From assembly GCA_016212005.1 (NCBI GenBank), contig JACRHP010000009.1:6560-70559 (forward strand): 64,000 bases of DNA, in the 5' to 3' direction. Shown one piece after another: positions 48,126 to 58,280 of this stretch. Made by a program: the position numbers and the translations under genes. Within the stretch, counting starts at the first letter, position 1. Each line of letters begins with the position of its first letter. This stretch comes from Candidatus Omnitrophota bacterium (GTDB taxonomy: Bacteria > Omnitrophota > Gorgyraeia > Zapsychrales > Zapsychraceae). The notes below the pieces were generated by a model. That model worked only from the letters and a program-made list of their open reading frames with translations. It searched no databases and was not told the DNA's origin.

Positions 48126-48821
48126 ATGACACCGCCCGAATACATCGCCGCCGCTATTTTGTCCGGGTTTAAAGACAGCTTGAACCCTTACATGTTTTCG
48201 GGCATAATGTGCTGCATGTTGTTTTTGGTATCGATTCCCGGGGGAAAACGCCAGCTCATTCTTGCGGGACGTTGCGTAAGCGCCGCGGTGTTTTTAACAA
48301 CTTTTATGCTGGCGCAGGGTACCAATCTTTTATTGCTGGTTCCCCCGGTAGTTGTTGCCGTTATCAGGTTGATTTCGCTGGCGTTCGCCGTGGTGTTGAT
48401 TGTTACGGGTTATATCTTTCTGCGCCAATGGTGGGTGGCCAAAAAAGGCAGGCAAGAACAGGGGGTTCTTAAATTTCACCAGTTGAATTCCTCTTTCAAG
48501 ATTATTTGTTCTTCGGCCATCCTTGGTGTACTTGTCGCCGTTATTAACATGCTTTGGCCCAAGAATACTGACTTTTATTTGGCTTATTTTATTTTGTTAA
48601 CAAGCGGTGATTTTTTTCGGATCGCGTTATATTTGTTTTCTTACAGCGCAGCATTTATTGGTTATCTGGCTTTGGGATGCTGGTTGACGGTAACGGCTGT
48701 AAATTCGACAAAATTTCAAAAGATATTGGCGAATGCCCTGTCCATGGCCAGGATAACATGTTCCGCCGTGTGCATGGCGCTGGGGATGGGGTTAATCTTT
48801 CTGTATAATACCGCAATATAA
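48126..48821 (+). CDS. Hypothetical polytopic membrane protein
   Basis: Six or more hydrophobic helices; no motif I can place. Confidence 0.4.
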   Translation: MTPPEYIAAAILSGFKDSLNPYMFSGIMCCMLFLVSIPGGKRQLILAGRCVSAAVFLTTFMLAQGTNLLLLVPPVVVAVIRLISLAFAVVLIVTGYIFLRQWWVAKKGRQEQGVLKFHQLNSSFKIICSSAILGVLVAVINMLWPKNTDFYLAYFILLTSGDFFRIALYLFSYSAAFIGYLALGCWLTVTAVNSTKFQKILANALSMARITCSAVCMALGMGLIFLYNTAI

Positions 48822-48860
48822 AACGCAACAACGCGCCCGGAAAGGGGCGTCATTAAAGTT

Positions 48861-50132
48861 ATGAACATCGCTGTCGTCGGGTCACAATGGGGAGATGAAG
48901 GGAAGGGGAAGCTGATCGACATCCTCTCCGCGGACACGGATATCACCGCCCGTTATCAAGGGGGGAACAACGCCGGGCATACCGTTGTCGTTGGAGACGA
49001 AGAATATGTCTTCCATCTTCTTCCTTCCGCCATCCTGCATAAAGGCAAGGTTTGCGTGATAGGAAATGGAGTTGTTGTTGACCCCAAAGAGCTTATCAAA
49101 GAAATTGATAATCTGGCTTCGCGCGGGATCAAGGTCAATGCCGCACGGCTGAAAATTTCCGGCCATGCCCATGTGGTGATGCCGTATCACCGTATCCTCG
49201 ATGGGCTGCGGGAATCCAAGCGCAAGAATAAAATAGGAACGACGGGCCGCGGCATCGGCCCCTGTTACGCCGACAAGGTGAGCCGTTGCGGCATCCGGAT
49301 GATCGATCTGGTCAATCCGCGTATCCTTCGTTCCAAGCTTGAGGATAACCTGCGCGAAAAAAATGAAATTTTTAAAGAAGTATTTAAGAACCCGGGGTTC
49401 TCATTGGAGAATATTTACAAGGAATATTTCTCTTACGGCCGAAAATTGGCGCCGTATATCTGTGATACGGCATTGTATCTTAACCGGATGATGGACCGAA
49501 GTAAATCGGTCTTGTTTGAAGGGGCCCAGGGGACATTTCTGGATATTGATTTCGGGACCTATCCGTTTGTCACGTCCTCCAATTCCATCGTTGGCGGGCT
49601 TTGCACGGGAAGCGGGGTGGGGCCGACCCGGATCGACCGGGTCATCGCCTGCGTCAAGGCCTATACCACCCGGGTCGGGGAAGGACCTTTCCCGACAGAA
49701 TTTTCTTCAAATTTGAAAGATGAGATCCGCGCGAAGGGCAACGAATTCGGATCGACCACAGGCCGTCCGAGACGGTGCGGCTGGTTTGACAGTGTCCTGG
49801 TGCGCTACTCCATCATTATTAATAATGTCCATGAATTGGCCATCATGAAGCTGGATGTGCTTGGGGACCTGGAAAAGATCAAAATATGCGTCGGTTACCG
49901 GCACAAGGGGAAGGTGTATAAGGATTTCCCGATGGATTTTGACGTTCTGGACAAAGCGCAGCCGATCTATGAAGAAATGGACGGTTGGAAAAAGGATATC
50001 AGCGGGGTCCGCAGCTATTCTAAATTGCCCGTTAATGCCCGCCGCTACATTGAGCGTCTAGAAAGCCTTTTAAAAGTCGGGGTTAAGTACATTTCCATAG
50101 GGACCAAACGGGCGGAAATTATTATACGCTGA
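48861..50132 (+). CDS. purA: Adenylosuccinate synthetase
   Basis: VVGSQWGDEGKGK P-loop. Confidence 0.9.
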   Translation: MNIAVVGSQWGDEGKGKLIDILSADTDITARYQGGNNAGHTVVVGDEEYVFHLLPSAILHKGKVCVIGNGVVVDPKELIKEIDNLASRGIKVNAARLKISGHAHVVMPYHRILDGLRESKRKNKIGTTGRGIGPCYADKVSRCGIRMIDLVNPRILRSKLEDNLREKNEIFKEVFKNPGFSLENIYKEYFSYGRKLAPYICDTALYLNRMMDRSKSVLFEGAQGTFLDIDFGTYPFVTSSNSIVGGLCTGSGVGPTRIDRVIACVKAYTTRVGEGPFPTEFSSNLKDEIRAKGNEFGSTTGRPRRCGWFDSVLVRYSIIINNVHELAIMKLDVLGDLEKIKICVGYRHKGKVYKDFPMDFDVLDKAQPIYEEMDGWKKDISGVRSYSKLPVNARRYIERLESLLKVGVKYISIGTKRAEIIIR

Positions 50133-50169
50133 TTGTATCTTGTTGCGGGCGTTAAAGTTGTCAAATTAC

Positions 50170-50198
50170 TTGACTTTAAATTTTGCCTATGATAATGT
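50170..50198 (+). promoter_or_regulatory. Candidate promoter TTGACT-N17-TAATGT upstream of the OmpA-like gene
   Basis: Hexamers read directly; overlaps an imperfect inverted repeat. Confidence 0.3.
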
Positions 50199-50240
50199 GG
50201 AACAAGAAAATAGCAGGAAGAAAAGTTACGGGAGGATGCG

Positions 50241-50852
50241 ATGTGTAAATTTTTAAAGAATTTATCCACCATAGGGGTGGTTTTTATTTTGGCCGTAAGC
50301 TTGGGCGGATGCACGATCATTTTCCAAAAAGGCAGACGCTCCGACATCGAAGAAATAGCACGCTTAAAGGGACGGTTGAACCGCCTGGAACAGGCGAAAG
50401 CCGAGCTGGAATCACGCCTTAAGAAAGAAATTGATTCCCAGGAGGTCAGCGTGTTGATGAAGGACCGGGGGCTGGTCATAACCTTTGTGGCGGAAGTCCT
50501 TTTTGATTCGGGAAAAGCGGAACTGAAACCGTCTTCTTTGGAAAAACTGGACAAAATTGCCGGTGTCCTGAATACGACCGTCAAGGATCTGTCCGTCGGG
50601 ATAGAAGGGCACACCGATGATATCCCCATTAAATATTCCGGGTGGAAATCCAACTGGGAATTGTCCGCTACCCGGGCGTTAAGTGTCGTGCATTATTTTA
50701 CCGGGACCAGTGGTGTCGATCCAAACCGTTTGTCCGCGACCGGTTATGGGGAATACCGGCCTGTGGCCGAGAATACGACGGCCGAGGGAAGGCAAAAAAA
50801 CCGGCGGGTCGAAATCGTGATCCTGCCCAGTAGAACGACGGAAGGCCGATAA
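50241..50852 (+). CDS. OmpA/MotB-domain lipoprotein
   Basis: Lipobox LAVSLGGC; OmpA-like C-domain (GHTDDIP...NWELSATRA...NRRVEIVIL). Confidence 0.75.
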   Translation: MCKFLKNLSTIGVVFILAVSLGGCTIIFQKGRRSDIEEIARLKGRLNRLEQAKAELESRLKKEIDSQEVSVLMKDRGLVITFVAEVLFDSGKAELKPSSLEKLDKIAGVLNTTVKDLSVGIEGHTDDIPIKYSGWKSNWELSATRALSVVHYFTGTSGVDPNRLSATGYGEYRPVAENTTAEGRQKNRRVEIVILPSRTTEGR

Positions 50853-50862
50853 GGCGTCAAAC

Positions 50863-51249
50863 ATGAAAAAAACCGCTGTTATTCTAGCCTGCATTTTAAT
50901 CCTTATCAGCTTTGCTTTGGCAATTCATTTCAATCAGGGGACAATAGAAACTAAACGGAAACTGGACAGTGAACGTTATGTACGGTTGACGGCGGAAGAA
51001 AATTTTGAAAAGGCCACCGCGCAGATCCATCGTTTGGAAAATGATCTGATCCGGCTTACTTCTAAAATAAACAGTACGGAAAAAATACTGGAACAAACAA
51101 AAGACATCAACGCTCAATTGCAAGAACAAATAGACAGGGCAACGGCCGCGCAAGAATCCATGCAACAAAAGATACAAGGTTTGGAAGAATCCTCGCCAAA
51201 TCAAAGCAATTCCAAGGGCGGCCCCGCATCAGATGCTGGCTCAACATAG
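50863..51249 (+). CDS. Hypothetical secreted coiled-coil protein
   Basis: Signal-peptide-like N-terminus followed by a heptad-rich sequence. Confidence 0.4.
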   Translation: MKKTAVILACILILISFALAIHFNQGTIETKRKLDSERYVRLTAEENFEKATAQIHRLENDLIRLTSKINSTEKILEQTKDINAQLQEQIDRATAAQESMQQKIQGLEESSPNQSNSKGGPASDAGST

Positions 51250-51351
51250 GTTAAAATCATGATTTAGCTGGGATCGAAGGCTGAATTCAAGAGGGCGCTT
51301 TGATGGGGGATGCAGAATCCCCCCATTTTTTTAGTTTTAAAAATTACAGTG

Positions 51352-52077
51352 ATGGCAGGCAAGTTTACGCATAATATTCCACGTCATGTTGCCATTATCA
51401 TGGACGGGAATGGCCGCTGGGCCAAACACCGGCATCTGACCCGGACGCAGGGACATGCCGAAGGGATCAAACGCGTTGAAGAGATCGTGGCGGCTGCGCA
51501 GAAAATGGGCGTTCACGTGTTGACCTTGTTCACGTTCTCAACGGAAAATTGGCAACGGCCAAAGTCCGAGGTTTCGGTCCTGATGAACATGCTGAGTAAA
51601 GTCTTGCGGGAAAAGGCCAAAACGTTAAAAAAAAATAACGTGCGTTTCCGGATGATCGGCAGGGAAGATACCGTGCCGCCGGCAGTTTTGGCAACATTAA
51701 AAATGGCTGTTGAGGAAACCAGGGCGAATACGGGCATGATCGTGAACCTGGCGTTTAATTACGGCGGGCGCCAGGAGATCATGGACGCCGTCCAGGCGAT
51801 CGTGTCCGCCGTTGGAACCGGGGCGTTGCGCAAGGAAGATATCAATGAGGCGACGTTCAGCCGTTTTCTTTACACCAAAGATCTCCCGGACCCGGACCTT
51901 TTGATCCGCACGTCCGGCGAAAAACGGATCAGCAACTTTTTGCTTTGGCAATTATCGTACGCGGAATTGTATTTTACGGATAAATTCTGGCCGGATTTTA
52001 CAGTTGGGGAATTCGAATCTGCCGTCATGGATTATCAAAAACGGGAACGCCGTTACGGGGACCTCGGGGATGAGTAA
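51352..52077 (+). CDS. uppS: Undecaprenyl pyrophosphate synthase
   Basis: PRHVAIIMDGNGRWA. Confidence 0.88.
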   Translation: MAGKFTHNIPRHVAIIMDGNGRWAKHRHLTRTQGHAEGIKRVEEIVAAAQKMGVHVLTLFTFSTENWQRPKSEVSVLMNMLSKVLREKAKTLKKNNVRFRMIGREDTVPPAVLATLKMAVEETRANTGMIVNLAFNYGGRQEIMDAVQAIVSAVGTGALRKEDINEATFSRFLYTKDLPDPDLLIRTSGEKRISNFLLWQLSYAELYFTDKFWPDFTVGEFESAVMDYQKRERRYGDLGDE

Positions 52078-52894
52078 AGAGCGCATCGTCAGTGCGGGCA
52101 TTATGACCCTTGTCGCCATTGGGGCCGTGTTGAACCAGTGGGTTTTTATCATCGTTTTGCTTGCTTTAACGATAGGCGGATTATACGAGTTCTTTTATCT
52201 GATCAATAAAAAGGGGATCCCGATCTACAGTTATACCGGGATCGCCATCGGCGTCATGATCCCGCTTTCGATTTTTACGCGTTTTGAGCTGACGGGGAAT
52301 TGGGAGTTGCTTTTTATCGTCGTTCTTTTATTGATGATCTTTCTCATGCAATTTATCCGCAAGGAAAACAACAACGCTATCGTAGGAGTTTCCACGACGT
52401 TGTTCGGGATCCTGTACGTTTCCTGGTTGTTTAGTTTTTTGATCAAAATCCGGTTTTTCCTGCCCGGAGCGGATGGGATGAAATTGTTGGGATTTGTTTT
52501 GCTCGTGACCAAAATGGGGGATATCGGCGCATTATTGGTCGGCAGCCGTTTCGGGAAGCATCTTTTACTGCCGCGCATCAGCCCCAATAAAACGGTAGAA
52601 GGGTGTCTGGGAAGTTTTTTCTTTAGCGCCCTGGCCGCGGTTCTGGGCAGCGCGCTTATCCCCGACCGATTTGGATTTTCCACAGGGCATATCGCTCTTA
52701 TGGGAATTTTCTTCGCCGGCATGGGCCAGCTGGGCGATATGTCAGAATCGCTCATCAAACGGGATTGCAACGTCAAGGATTCCGGGAAATTTATGCCGGA
52801 ACTGGGCGGGGTGCTGGATATGATCGACAGTATCCTTTTCTCGGCACCGGTTTTTTATTTTTATATCAGTTCAGTACCGCTAGGCCGACCGTAA
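52070..52894 (+). CDS. cdsA: Phosphatidate cytidylyltransferase
   Basis: Multi-transmembrane protein with a C-terminal CTP_transf_1 motif (KRDCNVKDSGKFMPELGGVLD). ATG at 52070 overlaps the uppS stop. Confidence 0.8.
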   Translation: MSKERIVSAGIMTLVAIGAVLNQWVFIIVLLALTIGGLYEFFYLINKKGIPIYSYTGIAIGVMIPLSIFTRFELTGNWELLFIVVLLLMIFLMQFIRKENNNAIVGVSTTLFGILYVSWLFSFLIKIRFFLPGADGMKLLGFVLLVTKMGDIGALLVGSRFGKHLLLPRISPNKTVEGCLGSFFFSALAAVLGSALIPDRFGFSTGHIALMGIFFAGMGQLGDMSESLIKRDCNVKDSGKFMPELGGVLDMIDSILFSAPVFYFYISSVPLGRP

Positions 52895-52896
52895 GC

Positions 52897-54066
52897 ATGA
52901 AGCGCAAAAATGTCGTTATCCTGGGTTCAACGGGATCCATCGGGGTCAATGCCTTAAAGATCATTGAGCGTTTCCCCCACAAGTTCAGGATTGTCGGTCT
53001 GACGGCGTATAATAATTACCGGCTGCTTGAAGAACAGTCACGCCGGTTCAAGCCGTTTCATGTAGCGGCAAGCCAGGAAGGCGTCCGGTATCTGCGCAGG
53101 AATATCGGGGGACGCCATATAAAAATTGGGGATGTGGCAACCGGCGCCGAAGAGATTGCGCAGTTGAAGTCAGCGGATATCGTCGTGGTTGCGATGCAGG
53201 GAAGCGCGGCCTTGAAGCCTTTTCTGGCCGCGGTGCGAAGCGGTAAAACGGTTGCTCCGGCGAATAAAGAGGCGCTGGTCATCGCGGGGGATTTGCTGAT
53301 GCGTGAAGCGGCCAGGCATAAAGCCAGCATCGTCCCCATCGACAGCGAGCAGAGCGCGATTTTTCAGTGTCTGGAAGGCCGTGAGCGGGCTGATGTGCGC
53401 AAGATTTATTTGACCGCCTCCGGTGGGCCGCTGTTGCGCGTGCCGAAAATACGTTTTGACCGGTTATCCGTCCGGGATATCCTCCGGCATCCGCGCTGGA
53501 AAATGGGAAAACGCATTACGGTTGATTCGGCAACGCTTATCAATAAAGGCTTTGAAGTCATTGAAGCGAAGCATTTGTTCGGACTGGATGTAAAAGATAT
53601 CGAGGTGCTGGTCCATCCGGAGGCGATCATTCACTCGATGGTCGAATTGCGGGACGGCTCGGTTTTGGCCCAGCTCGGTGTCACGGATATGAGGATTCCC
53701 ATTCAGTATGCGTTGACCTATCCGCAGCGGTGGGACACAGGGCTGCGTCCCGTCAACTTTGCCCGGTTAAGGCAGTTGACATTTGAAAAACCGGATTTCC
53801 GTAAATTCCCGTCGCTCGCTCTGGCGATCGAAATTGCGGAGGAAGGCGGAACGCTTCCCGGCGTCCTGAATGCGGCCGATGAGGTCGCCGTAGAAGCATA
53901 TTTAGACAATCGTTTAAGGTTTACAGCAATCTATGATGTCGTTGAAAAAGTCGTACGCCGTCATCGCCTCACGCATGATCCTTCGCTGGACGCGATTCTC
54001 GCGGCGGACCAATGGGCCAGGGGAGAGGCCGCAGCCTTAATTAAAAAAATATGGAAACGATCTTAA
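52897..54066 (+). CDS. dxr: 1-deoxy-D-xylulose 5-phosphate reductoisomerase
   Basis: VVILGSTGSIGVNAL N-terminus. Confidence 0.88.
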   Translation: MKRKNVVILGSTGSIGVNALKIIERFPHKFRIVGLTAYNNYRLLEEQSRRFKPFHVAASQEGVRYLRRNIGGRHIKIGDVATGAEEIAQLKSADIVVVAMQGSAALKPFLAAVRSGKTVAPANKEALVIAGDLLMREAARHKASIVPIDSEQSAIFQCLEGRERADVRKIYLTASGGPLLRVPKIRFDRLSVRDILRHPRWKMGKRITVDSATLINKGFEVIEAKHLFGLDVKDIEVLVHPEAIIHSMVELRDGSVLAQLGVTDMRIPIQYALTYPQRWDTGLRPVNFARLRQLTFEKPDFRKFPSLALAIEIAEEGGTLPGVLNAADEVAVEAYLDNRLRFTAIYDVVEKVVRRHRLTHDPSLDAILAADQWARGEAAALIKKIWKRS

Positions 54067-55151
54067 CCAATTTAAACAGCATCATTCTTTTTGTCGCGAC
54101 GTTAAGCATCCTGATCGTGGTACATGAATGGGGGCACTTTATCACGGCGAAACGGCTCGGGATTAAAGTGGAACGCTTCGCGTTGGGCTTCGGGCCGACG
54201 ATTTATTCAAAAGTGTATCATGACACACAATACATGGTCAATATCATCCCGTTGGGAGGATATGTCAAGCTCGCCGGTGATGAACGCACGGAATGCCGGG
54301 GACAGACCTATGAATTTTACGCCAGGCCGATCGGACATCGCGCGCTGGTCGTCTTCAACGGGCCGCTGGTCAATTTTGTCTTCGCGTACCTTTGCCTTTT
54401 TATCGTCTTTATGGTCGGGTATCCCGACTTGAGCACCAAAATCGGTACCCTCCTGGAAGGATATCCCGCCCAGCAGGCGGGGCTTCAGGCCGGCGACCGG
54501 ATCACCAGGATCAACGGTCAACCCGTTGAAAGCTGGAGCGTCCTTCAAGAGGCTATCAGCACATCCACGGGCGATGAAATCCAGCTTCAAATACAACGTA
54601 ACGGCCGAGAGATCTCTCAAGTCATCCATCCGCGGACAGAAACGGCGCAGACGATTTTCGGAAAACACAAAAAGATGCGTCTCGTCGGTATTCGTTCCTC
54701 GGAGGAAATTATTTCCCTGCGTTACGGCCCTCTCACGGCGCTCGGGAAAGCCGGCCGGGAACTGATGAAGATCACGACGATGACCTACAAGGCCATTTTC
54801 TCCATGCTGACCGGCTCCATGTCGGTTAAAGAGAATGTTACGGGCCCTATCGGGATATTCTATATTCTCCAGAAAGCCGCCGAGATGGGGATGACGCATG
54901 TTGTGTTTATCCTCGGGGTCATCAGCGCCAGCCTGGCGATCTTTAATTTGCTGCCGGTTATACCGCTCGACGGCGGCCATTTGTTTTTGTTCGCCGTTGA
55001 AAAATTCCGCGGGCGGGCGCTTCCCCGCAAGGTCGATGAGTACGTCACTAAATTAGGGTTTAGCCTGATCATATGCCTGGCGCTGTTCGTGCTTTACAGC
55101 GATTTCTCCCGGTTCGGGTGGCTGGATAAAATCAAACACTTGCTTCCATAA
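54051..55151 (+). CDS. rseP: Site-2 protease RseP (zinc metalloprotease with PDZ domain)
   Basis: HEWGHF zinc motif, a PDZ region, and a C-terminal LDGG. Confidence 0.85.
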   Translation: METILTNLNSIILFVATLSILIVVHEWGHFITAKRLGIKVERFALGFGPTIYSKVYHDTQYMVNIIPLGGYVKLAGDERTECRGQTYEFYARPIGHRALVVFNGPLVNFVFAYLCLFIVFMVGYPDLSTKIGTLLEGYPAQQAGLQAGDRITRINGQPVESWSVLQEAISTSTGDEIQLQIQRNGREISQVIHPRTETAQTIFGKHKKMRLVGIRSSEEIISLRYGPLTALGKAGRELMKITTMTYKAIFSMLTGSMSVKENVTGPIGIFYILQKAAEMGMTHVVFILGVISASLAIFNLLPVIPLDGGHLFLFAVEKFRGRALPRKVDEYVTKLGFSLIICLALFVLYSDFSRFGWLDKIKHLLP

Positions 55152-55168
55152 AAAAGGGGACGATTGCC

Positions 55169-56461
55169 ATGCTCAATAACGAAATACGCGATATGGTCAA
55201 CCATTACCTGATCAAGGAAACGGATTTCCTGAAGGTCAAGGACGCGATGAACGAGGACCAGCTGCGTAAATTCGTTGACGATGCGATCGTGCGGATGTGT
55301 AACGACCGGAACCTTGCGCTTGAGAAAGACCAGCGGGCCGCCGTCATCCGCGACATGGTCAGCGCGGTCATGAGCATGGGGCCGCTTCGTCCGGTCATGG
55401 AAGACAAGACGATCTCGGAAATCATGATCAACGGCCCGCACCAGATCTATATCCAGCGCAACGGCCACATCAGCCGCGCGGACATCAAATTCGAGAACGC
55501 CGCGCAGCTTCAGCATACGATCCAGAAGATCCTCGCGGCTTCAGGTTCCAACAAGCGGGTCGACGAATCCTTGCCGTATGTCGATTTTATGCTCAAGGAC
55601 GGGTCCCGGGTCAACGTGATCTTGCCGCCGTGCTCGCTCGTTGGTCCGGTCATGACGGTGCGCAAGTTCAATGACGCCATCGGTACGGTGGACGACCTTT
55701 TAAACCGTAAAATGCTGGATAAACAGATCGCCACGCTCCTTATCGCGGCCATGAAGGCCAAATTCAATATTGTTTTCTGCGGGTCGACGGGATCGGGTAA
55801 AACGACAATGTTGAACGTTTTTTCGCGGCATATCCCGGCAGAGGAACGCATCGTCACCATCGAAGACACCCCGGAGTTAAGGCTCCTGCAGGAACATGTG
55901 GTTCCGCTGATCTCCAAGCCGGCCAACATCGAAGGCCGGGGAGAGATCACCATGCAGGAGTTGTTCATCAATTCCCTGCGCATGCGCCCCGACCGGATCA
56001 TCATCGGGGAGGTGCGCGGCCCGGAAATGCTGGATTTGATCCAGTCGATCAGCAGCGGCCATAGCGGCTCGCTGGCCATCGTCCACGCGGAGACGCCGGA
56101 AGACTGTTTCAACCGCATGGTTTTGATGATGATGATGGCCGGTATCCAGTTGAGCACCGAGGAAATCCGCAAGCAGGTCGCCCGGGCGATCGACATTGTC
56201 GTGCATGTTGAGCTTTTTTTTGACGGTTACAGACGCGTCACCGCCATAACCGACCTGACATATGACGAGGAGAAACAAAAGGTCATGCTGCATGATGTGT
56301 TCCGTTTTGAGCAAAAAGGCGTCAAAGAAAACGGCGAAATTATCGGCGAATGGGTGATGGATCGGCGCCGGCCGTCGTTTTACAACAAATTCAAGAAGAG
56401 AATGGTGACTTTACCGCAGGGATTCTTTGATGAATCTCTGCCGCCGTTGAAGGGCTCCTGA
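55169..56461 (+). CDS. cpaF: CpaF/TadA-family secretion ATPase (type II/IV secretion NTPase)
   Basis: CGSTGSGKTT Walker A, TIEDTPEL, and RPDRIIIGEVRG. Confidence 0.8.
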   Translation: MLNNEIRDMVNHYLIKETDFLKVKDAMNEDQLRKFVDDAIVRMCNDRNLALEKDQRAAVIRDMVSAVMSMGPLRPVMEDKTISEIMINGPHQIYIQRNGHISRADIKFENAAQLQHTIQKILAASGSNKRVDESLPYVDFMLKDGSRVNVILPPCSLVGPVMTVRKFNDAIGTVDDLLNRKMLDKQIATLLIAAMKAKFNIVFCGSTGSGKTTMLNVFSRHIPAEERIVTIEDTPELRLLQEHVVPLISKPANIEGRGEITMQELFINSLRMRPDRIIIGEVRGPEMLDLIQSISSGHSGSLAIVHAETPEDCFNRMVLMMMMAGIQLSTEEIRKQVARAIDIVVHVELFFDGYRRVTAITDLTYDEEKQKVMLHDVFRFEQKGVKENGEIIGEWVMDRRRPSFYNKFKKRMVTLPQGFFDESLPPLKGS

Positions 56462-56463
56462 TC

Positions 56464-57741
56464 ATGTTCTGGTCAAAATATTTTATTCCGACCTTAAAAG
56501 AAACTCCCGCAGGGACGGAGGCCATAAGCCATCAATTGCTCCTGCGTTCCGGCCTCGTCCACATGCTGACTTCCGGTGTCTACTCCTATTTACCGCTGGG
56601 GCTTAAAATCCTGCGCAATATCGAGGGGATTATCCGTGAGGAAATGAACGCCGCCGGAGCCAGGGAGTTGTTTTTACCGTGCCTGCAGCCGATTGAATTG
56701 TGGAAACAAACCGGCCGGGACCAGACCTTGGCGGAAGTAATGATCCGCTTTAAAGACAAGCGCGGGCGGGAAATGTGTCTGGGCCCCACCCATGAGGAGG
56801 TCATCACGGATCTGGTCAAGAATTTCGTGCAGTCCTACCGCCAACTGCCGGTTGTGCTCTATCAGATCCAGACCAAATTCCGCGATGAAACGCGTACCCG
56901 TTTTGGCATCGTCCGTGCCTGCGAGTTTATCATGAAAGACGCGTACAGTTTTGACCGGGATGCCACTGGTTTGAAAAAAAATTACGACCTGATGTATGAC
57001 GCTTATCAGAAAATTTTCAAACGCTGCGGTTTGGAAACCGTCATTATCGAAGCGGATTCCGGCGCCATGGGCGGGGATTTATCCCATGAATTTCTTGTCC
57101 CGGCGGCCATCGGCGAAGACACGATCCTGCATTGCCCGTCCTGTAACGCGTACAGCGCCGTTGCCGCCGAACGGTCTGAAGGGAAGAGTTGTCCCCAATG
57201 CCGTCATGGTATTTTAAAGGGACAAATCGCCATCGAGTTGGGGCATATTTTCCAGTTGGGGACCAAATACAGTCAGGCGCAGCAGGCGGTGTTCCTGGAT
57301 GAGGACGGCAAGCAAAAGCCGATGATCATGGGTTGTTACGGCATCGGTGTCAGCCGGGTCATCGCCGCGATCATCGAAAAAAATCATGATGAAAAGGGGA
57401 TCCGCTGGCCACGGGAAGTTGCCCCCTTTGACGTTGAGATCCTGCCCATTGCCGGCAACGATTCGGCAGAGATCATGGAACTGGCGCATAAATATTACGC
57501 GGATTTGACGACGACTGGTTATGAAGTCCTCCTGGATGACCGTCCGGAGAGCGCGGGCGTCAAGTTCAATGACGCGGACCTGATCGGCATTCCGCTGCGC
57601 ATTACCATCGGCAAACGCAATCTTGTGGAAGGTAAAGTGGAGATCAAAAATCGTTTGACCAATGAAGTCACCCTGGTCAGCAAGAATGACGTCTCGGCAA
57701 AATTGTCCGAGATATCCAAAGGGTTATGTCTGAAGAATTGA
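56464..57741 (+). CDS. proS: Prolyl-tRNA synthetase (short form without the INS editing domain)
   Basis: Class II aaRS motifs; 425 aa. Confidence 0.85.
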   Translation: MFWSKYFIPTLKETPAGTEAISHQLLLRSGLVHMLTSGVYSYLPLGLKILRNIEGIIREEMNAAGARELFLPCLQPIELWKQTGRDQTLAEVMIRFKDKRGREMCLGPTHEEVITDLVKNFVQSYRQLPVVLYQIQTKFRDETRTRFGIVRACEFIMKDAYSFDRDATGLKKNYDLMYDAYQKIFKRCGLETVIIEADSGAMGGDLSHEFLVPAAIGEDTILHCPSCNAYSAVAAERSEGKSCPQCRHGILKGQIAIELGHIFQLGTKYSQAQQAVFLDEDGKQKPMIMGCYGIGVSRVIAAIIEKNHDEKGIRWPREVAPFDVEILPIAGNDSAEIMELAHKYYADLTTTGYEVLLDDRPESAGVKFNDADLIGIPLRITIGKRNLVEGKVEIKNRLTNEVTLVSKNDVSAKLSEISKGLCLKN

Positions 57742-58253
57742 TACTTCGACATAACAACCCTGAGCAAGCTCCCGGTTTCAGCCGGGAGCGCGTCGATGGG
57801 TTGACACAACAACTCGAGGGGCTTATAATGCCCTGCATTCTCAAGGCCGGCGCGGAGCTCATTGAGTTTAACCTCAAGCGCCGCGGCAGGACTTATATCG
57901 TGGAGGTTCTGGCCGATAAGGAAAACGGCGGAATTACTATCAGTGAATGTTCGGCCATTAACAAGGGAATTTTTTATGCATGCGAGCAGTCTGGCGTCAT
58001 GGGAGAAGATTTCGAGGTTGATGTCTCCTCTCCGGGGCTGGACCGGCCGCTGAAAACCCCTAAAGATTTTAAACGGGTCATCGGACGTAACATCCGTTTT
58101 CATCTGGGCGTGCCGGTCAACGGACGCCAGGAATACTCCGGGACGCTGCGGGATGTCCGGGAGGACCAAGTCATCGCCGACACTGCGCAGGGCCTAATGG
58201 AATTACCCATTAGCCAGATTCAAAAAGCAGTCCAAATTATTGAAATCGAATAA
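57726..58253 (+). CDS. rimP: Ribosome maturation factor RimP
   Basis: Position upstream of nusA and family similarity. Confidence 0.75.
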   Translation: MSEELILRHNNPEQAPGFSRERVDGLTQQLEGLIMPCILKAGAELIEFNLKRRGRTYIVEVLADKENGGITISECSAINKGIFYACEQSGVMGEDFEVDVSSPGLDRPLKTPKDFKRVIGRNIRFHLGVPVNGRQEYSGTLRDVREDQVIADTAQGLMELPISQIQKAVQIIEIE

Positions 58254-58280
58254 ATTGCAAGTTTTCAGGAAGGATGAACA